DNA of 64,000 nucleotides from an uncultured delta proteobacterium (GTDB lineage Bacteria > Desulfobacterota > RBG-13-43-22), in contig CAWDKY010000015.1 of NCBI GenBank assembly GCA_963802945.1, forward strand, positions 352,001 through 416,000, read 5' to 3'. The notes beneath the pieces are model-generated. The model had not been told where the DNA came from. It saw nothing but the letters and a program-made list of their open reading frames with translations, and made no database searches. Made by a program: the position numbers and the translations under genes. Every line of letters begins with the position of its first letter. Positions within the stretch are counted from its first letter, which is position 1. Below, piece by piece: positions 50,834 through 58,506 of this stretch.

Positions 50834-51355
50834 TCACCTATTCTTTAAAAACTGCTCGATCTCCTGCTTGTGTTGGGCTACGTAACTACAGCTTGGCTCT
50901 TGGCCGCACTTTCGACATTTCAGGTCGTAGGTGGAATTGATGGTCTGGCACCGTGGACAGGTATAGTCTTTCCTAATTTCCTTGAGCCATTGTTTGTAAC
51001 CCTTAGACTTGATTCGCTCAAGATTTTCCCAAAGGTCGATCCGATGAGGCATGGCAGATTGAAACTGCTTCAGTTCATCGCAGGGATACTCTTCACATTG
51101 GCTGCAAAAGGCGATGCCTCGTTCCGCTGCGCAAGCAAACATCTTGCATTTCTCGCAATAGGGCAACCTCTTGTCCGACCGGCATCCATAGCACTTGCTC
51201 TCTTCCGCTGATAAATGCAATTGTACCGCAAGCTTTTTGAGCCTTTCCTGATCTTCCGTGGTGGCGATAAACCATGAGCAGGCTTCACAGTAAAGGCCGC
51301 ATACAGCGGCTAATTTTTTGTCCAATTCTTCAAATTGCTTTTCTTCATTTTGCAT
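50834..51355 (-). CDS. DUF3795 Cys-rich protein
   Basis: AVCGLYCEAC, CYGCRS, CSQCEEYPC, CPRC...CRKC. Confidence 0.87.
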   Translation of the reverse strand: MQNEEKQFEELDKKLAAVCGLYCEACSWFIATTEDQERLKKLAVQLHLSAEESKCYGCRSDKRLPYCEKCKMFACAAERGIAFCSQCEEYPCDELKQFQSAMPHRIDLWENLERIKSKGYKQWLKEIRKDYTCPRCQTINSTYDLKCRKCGQEPSCSYVAQHKQEIEQFLKNR

Positions 51356-51400
51356 GACGACCTCCATCCTCATTTTCAAATACCTGCGGAATAAAATAAA

Positions 51401-51448
51401 GGAGCCGGTCCTGATTATTTATTGTTTCGCCTTAAAGAGAACCTTCCC
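51401..51448 (+). repeat. Family A repeat R3
   Basis: ggagccggtcctgattatttattgtttcgccttaaagagaaccttccc. Confidence 0.9.
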
Positions 51449-51529
51449 ATCTATCATGCTTCTCCCTATTGCCTTGAATTAAGTAACCTGTCCTCGGGAT
51501 AGCACGGCACTTTGTTTATTTCTATAAGG

Positions 51530-53020
51530 TCATCCGTTCGGTCCCTTGGTCACCGGTTTGCCTATGTCCCTGACAATGGCCTTCAATAAGGCCAGGTAAA
51601 GCAAACGGTGAAAAGGATACAGGACATACCAATAGAGGATCCCACCCAACCCTCGGGGTAAAAAGCGGGAGATCTGCTCAAGCTCGGTATTGCCATCCGG
51701 AAGAGGCCGGATTTTGAATTCCAGGAGGGCTTCGCCGGGCAGCTTCATTTCAGAGACTAATATTAAATGAACCAAAGGTGTTATTTCCAATACTCGCCAA
51801 AAATCCAGGGCTTCGCCGGGCAGTAAATCAGTCGGATGGCGTCTTCCTCTCCTGAAACCGACACCCCCGACCAGGCGGTCAACCCAACCCCTGATTTTCC
51901 AGAGAATGTTTTCAGAATACCAGGCTTTCCCGCCCCTGCCTTGAATTACAGATTTCCAGACCTCTTCCGGATGGGCTTTAAAGCGAACACGAAAGCTCAT
52001 TTCCAGAATAGTCCCACCGGCATACTGAGTATCCCCGCAATAGTACCATTCCTGGGGAACAATAGCGCCGGCATCCATCCAGCAGGTATCAATTCGTTGC
52101 TGATCAATGCGGTCCAAGGCCAAGCGAATGGTTTGTCGGCAGTCCAGTAATTCTTGGGGGATGATGTCCCGGATCCGCTGGTCCTGGCAAGTAACTGGAT
52201 TACGCAATCCTTCAGTCAGAGGTCTGGCGATGGAAGAAGGGATCGGGGTGAGGAGATGGATCCAATAAGAACTAAACCTTGGGGAAAGGATTGGGATCGG
52301 AATAATCCACCGCTTGTGAAGATGGGCCTCTTGGGCATAGAGCTGAAAAAGTTTCCGATAGGTTACCACATCAGGCCCGCAAATATCAAAGTTCTCACCT
52401 AAAACCTCATCATGCTCCAGACACCCCTGCAGATAATTCAAGACGTTTCGGATGGCGATGGGTTGAACCGGAGTATTCACCCAGCGGGGGGCGAGCATAA
52501 TGGGTAACCGATCCCCAAGATAACGGACCAACTCAAAAGAAGCACTCCCGGATCCCAAAATCATGGCGGCCCGCAGGAAGGTAGCCGGCACCTGGCCGGA
52601 CTGTAAAATCCGGGCCACCTCCTGCCGGGAGCGCAGGTGTTCACTGAGCCGGCGATCATCGCGACCGCCCAATCCCCCCAGATAGATGATCCGATTTAAA
52701 CCGGCCTTGGCAGCCGCTTCAACCATATTTTGGGCTGCCCGCCGGTCGGTCTTGGTATACCCTTTAGGGTCGGCATTCATGGAGTGGACCAGATAGAAGG
52801 CAGCCCAGCATCCAGCCACAGCCTGATTTAAGGATTCTTGGTTCAAGACATCCCCGGTTGCCAACTCGACTAAGGGATGATTCCCCCAGGGACGCCCTTT
52901 TAATTTAGCCGCCGATCGCCCTAGAGCACGAACCTTATAACCGGCTCTTAAAAGTTGGGGAACCAGCCTTCCCCCCACATATCCTGTCGCTCCGGTAACT
53001 AATACAGGTTGGGTGTGCAC
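51530..53020 (-). CDS. NAD(P)-dependent oxidoreductase with DUF2867 (YbjT-like)
   Basis: VTGATGYVGGRL, YLVHSM, GSGSASFE, LDFWRV, EMKLPGEA, PRGLGG.LYWY. Confidence 0.9.
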   Translation of the reverse strand: MHTQPVLVTGATGYVGGRLVPQLLRAGYKVRALGRSAAKLKGRPWGNHPLVELATGDVLNQESLNQAVAGCWAAFYLVHSMNADPKGYTKTDRRAAQNMVEAAAKAGLNRIIYLGGLGGRDDRRLSEHLRSRQEVARILQSGQVPATFLRAAMILGSGSASFELVRYLGDRLPIMLAPRWVNTPVQPIAIRNVLNYLQGCLEHDEVLGENFDICGPDVVTYRKLFQLYAQEAHLHKRWIIPIPILSPRFSSYWIHLLTPIPSSIARPLTEGLRNPVTCQDQRIRDIIPQELLDCRQTIRLALDRIDQQRIDTCWMDAGAIVPQEWYYCGDTQYAGGTILEMSFRVRFKAHPEEVWKSVIQGRGGKAWYSENILWKIRGWVDRLVGGVGFRRGRRHPTDLLPGEALDFWRVLEITPLVHLILVSEMKLPGEALLEFKIRPLPDGNTELEQISRFLPRGLGGILYWYVLYPFHRLLYLALLKAIVRDIGKPVTKGPNG

Positions 53021-53053
53021 GAAGATCTCCAATAATTTTTGTGGAACATGGGG

Positions 53054-53790
53054 TCAAGTTTGGTACAGACCGCCATTGACCTGGATGGTTTGTCCGGTCA
53101 TATATCCATTGCCAACCAGCATAAGGGCCACATCGGCCACCTCTTCCACGGTCCCGAAACGACCGACCGGAATCCGGTCCGGTCTGGCCTTGATGCCATC
53201 ACTCATCATATCGGTGATGATCAGGGCCGGGCATATGGCATTGACCGTGATCCCCTCCTTGAATAACCGGGAAGCGTAGGAATGGGTGAGGCCCAGGATA
53301 CCGGCCTTGGAGGCCGCATAATGAGGGCCCACAACCCCGCCGACCTGGGCGGCGGTCGAGGACAGGTTGATGATCCTTCCCCATCGCTGGGACCGAAGGC
53401 CCGGCAAAACCGCTTGGGTCACCAGGTAACAGGATTTCAGATTGATCCTGAGCGTTTCGTCCCAGACTTCTTCGGTCATTTCCTCAAGGCCCCGGGGTTT
53501 GGCAATCCCGGCATTGTTTATAAGGATGGATATGGGTCCCAGTTCCATCTCGATGGTTTCTGACCAATCGGCTCACCTCTTCCGCCTGGCTGACATCGGC
53601 CTGTACGGCCAGACTGCGACGGCCAAGACTTTTGATCTCCGAACTCACCTCCTGGGCCTCGTTTTCATGGGTTTTAAAATTGACCGCCACATCAGCACCG
53701 GCTTTGGCCAAGGACACCGCAATGGCCCGGCCGATTCCCCGACTGGCCCCGGTCACTAAAGCGATCCGGCCGCTTATTTCCGAATGTCAT
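53054..53790 (-). CDS. SDR (FabG-like) oxidoreductase, frameshifted
   Basis: TGASRGIG, NNAG and YAASK lie in separate frames; indels near 53780 and 53555. Confidence 0.87.
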
Positions 53791-53813
53791 CTTTTCATCC
53801 CTTCTTTATTGAA

Positions 53814-54203
53814 TTAGGCTTTCGTGAACAGCTCGGGGTTGGCGTATTTGGTAATGTCAATAGCGAAATGGACAAACAAATCCTTTTGGCCCCCGATGGG
53901 GAGCCAATAGGAATCCACGAACCGTTTACTGGGGGCATAATAGCCGACGGATCTTTTGCCCACCCCTTCTTCCAAAGCCGAATTTCCCAGACACTGTTTA
54001 TGAATACAATCATCTCCGGATAATTGATAGCATTTCATTCCCAAGCGAACCCCTCTGTCTCTGGCTGTTTGGTTGAAATCTACAATAGTCCGATCTTTTC
54101 TTAAGAGGAAAACAGGAGTAGGAAACATATCCCACATCAAATGAAAGGCTTTTAAAATCTCCGGATTGACCTCAATATTGTCAGGCTCTTGACTCTTTTC
54201 CAT
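53814..54203 (-). CDS. Stand-alone PAS-like small protein, copy 1
   Basis: VFLLRKDRTIVDFN...KCY...CIHKQC; near-identical to 56846-57235. Confidence 0.78.
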   Translation of the reverse strand: MEKSQEPDNIEVNPEILKAFHLMWDMFPTPVFLLRKDRTIVDFNQTARDRGVRLGMKCYQLSGDDCIHKQCLGNSALEEGVGKRSVGYYAPSKRFVDSYWLPIGGQKDLFVHFAIDITKYANPELFTKA

Positions 54204-54244
54204 TTTTGTTCCTTCCAATGCTTACCGACCATATAAAAATTAAA

Positions 54245-54292
54245 GGGGATGGTTCTGATTATTTATTATTTCGCCTTAAAGAGAACCGTCCC
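54245..54292 (+). repeat. Family A repeat R4
   Basis: ggggatggttctgattatttattatttcgccttaaagagaaccgtccc. Confidence 0.93.
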
Positions 54293-54436
54293 ATTTATCC
54301 ACAAGATCTCAAATAAAAAAATGATAACACTCCAATTTGTTGAAGTCAAATTACCTTGACAGGCCATATTTTCTCCCTCTATACTTCACTCACCCAAAAG
54401 AAAATCCAAATCAAAGATAAAGAAAGAGAAAATAAC

Positions 54437-55522
54437 GTGAACCAGATTGATCCAATTTACCAGGAATTAGCGGAAAAAATGGGGAGTCCCGATTCAAAAA
54501 TATTACCCAGAGTACTCCAGAGGCTGGCTACTCTGGAACAGGCCCAAATCCTGCGCGAAATGCCGGCTTCCTTTGAGGAAATCGCCAAAAAGTTAGGCTT
54601 GAGCTTGGAAACAGTGGAAAAGCTAATGCAAGGGCCGTTTGAAAATGGGGTTATTTTCCATGGCAAGCATGGTTGGCGTATGCCGGCAAACTGGTTTTTC
54701 TTACACGACATGGCTGGGTCATCCGAGTCCAAGTATGACGATGACGTATTTTTTGATTTGATGATGGATGTGCATAATGAGAACATAGAACGGCTGGTAA
54801 AACGATTAAAAGAAGCCAAGGAACCGACTCTGAAGCAAGTGCAGAGAGTAGTTCCCGACTGGAAAGCCATCCAGGGTATACCCGGCGTTCTACCACATGA
54901 AAACACATTCGTAGGCTTTAAAGATGTATCACCGGTCGTTTCGATTAATTGCGCCTGCAAGAGGCTCTACCGTGACAGGAAGTGCAAAGATGATATCCCT
55001 CTCCGAGTATGCTTTACTGCCGGCAGATCCGGAAAGGTGGCTCTCGAACGCGGACTCGGGAGGGAGATCAACCACGATGAATATTTGGAGATTCAGGAGC
55101 GAGCTACCGAATATGGACTCGTTCATCTTTATCCGAATAATTCCAAAATACCCGACGGGATATGTAACTGCCATCATTGCTGTTGCGGTCAATTCTTGAT
55201 CAGTGCCCATACGAAGCCGAATTTTAATCTGCTCTCGATTGCCAAGAGTCGTTTCATTGCGGAAGTGGACCAGGAGAAGTGCAGGGGTTGCAGGAAGTGC
55301 GTGGATAAGAGATGCCCGGTCGGTGCGGCTCAGATGAAATTTTCCCCTGAATATGGTGAGGACCGTGCCTTTATTGATACGGAAGAATGCATTGGCTGCG
55401 GACTCTGTGTGCTGACCTGCCCAACTGGGGCCCGTAGGATGGAGTTAGTCAGACCGCCGGACCATATTCCGGAACCCCGTAACTTTTCTTTATCTGAAAT
55501 AGTTGCTGATTTAGTGTCCTAA
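54437..55522 (+). CDS. 4Fe-4S binding protein with N-terminal HTH-like region
   Basis: NCACK, ICNCHHCCC, CRGCRKCVDKRCP, CIGCGLCVLTCP. Confidence 0.87.
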   Translation: MNQIDPIYQELAEKMGSPDSKILPRVLQRLATLEQAQILREMPASFEEIAKKLGLSLETVEKLMQGPFENGVIFHGKHGWRMPANWFFLHDMAGSSESKYDDDVFFDLMMDVHNENIERLVKRLKEAKEPTLKQVQRVVPDWKAIQGIPGVLPHENTFVGFKDVSPVVSINCACKRLYRDRKCKDDIPLRVCFTAGRSGKVALERGLGREINHDEYLEIQERATEYGLVHLYPNNSKIPDGICNCHHCCCGQFLISAHTKPNFNLLSIAKSRFIAEVDQEKCRGCRKCVDKRCPVGAAQMKFSPEYGEDRAFIDTEECIGCGLCVLTCPTGARRMELVRPPDHIPEPRNFSLSEIVADLVS

Positions 55523-55635
55523 ATTTGGTGCGAACACGACTTATTTCTTCAAAAATTCGAGGGACCATATTTATTTCCAATTTAAAAATTAAATTAGTAT
55601 GGATGTCCCCCGATTTAGTCCCGCTTTAAATTAAA

Positions 55636-55684
55636 GGGGACGGTTCTGATTATTTATTCTTTCGCCTTAAAGACAACCGTCCCC
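55636..55684 (+). repeat. Family A repeat R5
   Basis: ggggacggttctgattatttattctttcgccttaaagacaaccgtcccc. Confidence 0.93.
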
Positions 55685-55718
55685 TTTATCTTTTTCCCGA
55701 TGTCGTGGAATTCAACAA

Positions 55719-56468
55719 TCAATCTTTAAATCCGAATATTGCACTTTGAATGATTCTGGTTGCCATGATCATTTGTTCTGCCTTCATATAGGCACCACTC
55801 ATTCTATGTGTCTCTTTTCTATATTCTCTTGCATGTTCTTCTGACCAGAAGAAAACACACTCAGTTCAGAATGAATCGATAATACTATCGTCTTTGAGTT
55901 TGAATAAATCTATATCCGGTACAAAGATTACCGGTTCGCATCCTCCGTCCTTGACCTTATAGCGAAGATCACTGTCAATCTCGATTTCCATCGGACAAGA
56001 GCAGTGGGCACATTCGGTTTCAATTTGTACCATCAGGTGTTCGTTTCGTAATTTCCCTTGCACGAAGGGCGTTGCAAATGCATCTGCCGCTCAGGCGGCA
56101 TACAATTTTTCACCTGTGCTAAAAGAAATTTTGTGTGGGGTTTTATCAACCGTGACCGGATAGGCCCACACCACATCTCCCTTTCTGTTTCTATAGAGGA
56201 AGGTCATGCGCTTTTCCAGATAATCCAATGCGGTTTTAACACCATCAACCGAAAAACCAATCTCGTTCGATATGAATTCCGGGGATAAAGGCTTACTTTG
56301 ACGCGGGAGTTCTCTTACCACGAAATGATGAATCAGACGATATTCCTCGGATAGAGCGCCTTGTTCTTTTTCAAATTTTCTTCTTCCTTTAGCTATTTGT
56401 TTCTGCCATAAAAATGGCGGGACTTTAATTATATACCGCCACATTCCAAGCATGAGTTTATTACTCAC
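55719..56468 (-). CDS. MerB-like organometallic lyase, probable selenoprotein with two in-frame UGA (249 aa)
   Basis: A single frame read through TGA 56091-56093 (LYAA-U-AAD) and TGA 55866-55868 (DSF-U-TECVFFWSEEHA) mirrors MerB LYAWCALD and SFCCHVHFFAS; WAYP...TPH and CAHC are also present. Confidence 0.85.
55829..55860 (-). promoter_or_regulatory. Bacterial SECIS-like hairpin after the second UGA
   Basis: UGA-ACUGAGUGUGUU-UUCUUCU-GGUC-AGAAGAA: 7-bp stem with a GGUC loop starting 12 nt after the UGA, extendable by UGUGUU/AACAUG pairing. Confidence 0.7.
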
Positions 56469-56620
56469 AGAAATTTTCCTTTCAATCTATTTGAGGTTTC
56501 AAATGTTTAGTCGCATAAAATTTCAGCTAACCTGCCGCGCCAATGACCCACCCTTGGCCCTTTTCCAATTTTAAATGATATCGGAACCTAAAGTAGAACA
56601 ACGGTCTTGTTTAATTAATT

Positions 56621-56667
56621 GGGAGGATTCTGATTATTTATTATTTCGCCTTAAAGAGAACCACCCC
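56621..56667 (+). repeat. Family A repeat R6
   Basis: gggaggattctgattatttattatttcgccttaaagagaaccacccc. Confidence 0.9.
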
Positions 56668-56845
56668 ATTTATTCTATGCCAAATATAATTGGGAATAAA
56701 ATATCGATTAGCTCCTGGCATCGCTGTTCTGCTTAAACCGTCATACCCTGAATGGAATTTCAATCTGTTGTCCCGGTCCGACCCTTATTTGATTATTGAA
56801 ATCTCAGTTATGTCAACAGAATTTTCAAGGTAACCTTAAATTGGA

Positions 56846-57235
56846 TTAGGCCTTCGTGAACAGCTCGGGGTTGGCGTATTTGGTAATGTCAATAGCGAAA
56901 TGGACAAACAAATCCTTTTGGCCCCCGATGGGGAGCCAATAGGAATCCACGAACCGTTTACTGGGGGCATAATAGCCGACGGATCTTTTGCCCACCCCTT
57001 CTTCCAAAGCCGAATTTCCCAGACACTGCTTATGAATACAATCATCCCCGGATAATTGATAGCATTTCGTACCCAAACGAACCCCTCTGTCTTTGGCTGT
57101 TTGGTTGAAATCTACAATAGTCCGATCTTTTCTTAAGAGGAAAACAGAAGTGGGAAACATATCCCACATCAAATGAAAGGCTTTTAAAATCTCCGGACTG
57201 ACCTCAATATTGTCCGGCTCTTGACTCTTTTCCAT
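56846..57235 (-). CDS. Stand-alone PAS-like small protein, copy 2
   Basis: Differs from copy 1 at 4 of 129 residues. Confidence 0.78.
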   Translation of the reverse strand: MEKSQEPDNIEVSPEILKAFHLMWDMFPTSVFLLRKDRTIVDFNQTAKDRGVRLGTKCYQLSGDDCIHKQCLGNSALEEGVGKRSVGYYAPSKRFVDSYWLPIGGQKDLFVHFAIDITKYANPELFTKA

Positions 57236-57342
57236 TTTTTTCCTCCCGATGCTACCATATAAGATTTACTATATATGCCGAATGAGTTTCATACTTATTC
57301 ACCAGCATCCCAAGTTTTCTTAAATTAAGGAAACTGTCCCCC

Positions 57343-57385
57343 GGATTACAGATTATTTATTTTTTCACCTTAAAGAGAACACCAC
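57343..57385 (+). repeat. Family A repeat R7 (degenerate)
   Basis: gattatttattttttcaccttaaagagaacacc, flanked on both sides by the aattaag(t/g)aaactgtcccccg motif. Confidence 0.8.
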
Positions 57386-57468
57386 TTTATTCTTGAATTA
57401 AGTAAACTGTCCCCCGAATAGTCTGGCCTGGTACCTCTGCTTATTGGAAGGAGGAGAGAAAGAAAAAA

Positions 57469-58506
57469 TTATTGCTTTGTTCTAAATTCCTTTAACATCG
57501 TACACTCAACGAGCTTATCCAGATTCTGTAGTGTAAACACCTTCCCCCGTGTTGCCAAGATTATCCTTTTCATATCTTCCCGCCGGACCCCGAAACCGCG
57601 GCCTGCGATGCATGCGATGACTTCGTACTTCGGCTTTCCCTCTGACTGTCCTTCCATACTCAGCGTACCCAGGCGTTGAATGCGGGCGACTTTGTCACGC
57701 GCCGTACCATCGTCCTCGGTTATTTTCGCTTCAATGATCGCCTGTGGATTGAATTCACTGGGAATAATGAAATCAGGTGTCTGATCAAAACCTTGAATTT
57801 TCTGTGCCCTTTTTGTTTTCCGGTAGGTGATACCTGCCTTGCTTAACACATCCTCAATTGCCGATTCCAGACTGTCTCCGATAAGATCGCTCACGGAGTC
57901 CCGGTGACCCGCGAAGGGTCTGCCAAGGAACCGCTCATAGAGCAGCATGGCATAAGGAACCCCGATATCTGCAAGTGATCTTATACCATCCAGACCTGTT
58001 CTCGTATCGGCCTTGTCAAGCCGATGTATTTTGTTCCGTGCCACATTCGGTACGTTCTTTTTAAGAAACTCACACGCGGTTACGATCAAGGCATTCAGCC
58101 GTTCCGCGCTCAGGCTGCTGATCTTAAGAGGTGTTATCGGTGCCAGCCGGATATCCCGATCAAGCGTACGAACGAAACCTTGGGTGACCACGATTTTTGT
58201 ATGCTGAGTGGCGATATAAGCCCACTCCGGCGGTGTGAAACCCAAAATGGTACGAATAACAATGACCGATACAGGCACGGCCTTAACGCAATCCATGACC
58301 ACCTCGGGTGTCAGGGTACGAAAACCGCCTGTTGCCTGTTTCAACGCTTCGTATCCTTTTTCAAACACTGGATATTCGACGAATCCATCACCTTTTGGCA
58401 TGATAAGAAATTCTGACTCAAGACAAGAAAATATCGCTGTCACATACTGATCAGGATCAGCCTGCACGTCCTCAAAAGGAACTTCAAAAGAAAATTTCAT
58501 CATCAT
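57469..58506 (-). CDS. PD-(D/E)XK nuclease, putative restriction endonuclease
   Basis: GDSLE...TPDFIIP...IIEAK motif; overlaps the 3' end of the methyltransferase gene. Confidence 0.72.
   Translation of the reverse strand: MMMKFSFEVPFEDVQADPDQYVTAIFSCLESEFLIMPKGDGFVEYPVFEKGYEALKQATGGFRTLTPEVVMDCVKAVPVSVIVIRTILGFTPPEWAYIATQHTKIVVTQGFVRTLDRDIRLAPITPLKISSLSAERLNALIVTACEFLKKNVPNVARNKIHRLDKADTRTGLDGIRSLADIGVPYAMLLYERFLGRPFAGHRDSVSDLIGDSLESAIEDVLSKAGITYRKTKRAQKIQGFDQTPDFIIPSEFNPQAIIEAKITEDDGTARDKVARIQRLGTLSMEGQSEGKPKYEVIACIAGRGFGVRREDMKRIILATRGKVFTLQNLDKLVECTMLKEFRTKQ

Noticed and set aside
46780-57385. Family A repeats as a CRISPR array
   Set aside because: Intervals are 0.6-4 kb and contain whole genes; no cas genes in the window.
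46780-57385. Family A repeats as attC or dif/pdif sites
   Set aside because: No AAC/GTT core boxes, and no recognisable 11-6-11 XerC/XerD layout or TTATGTTAAAT arm.
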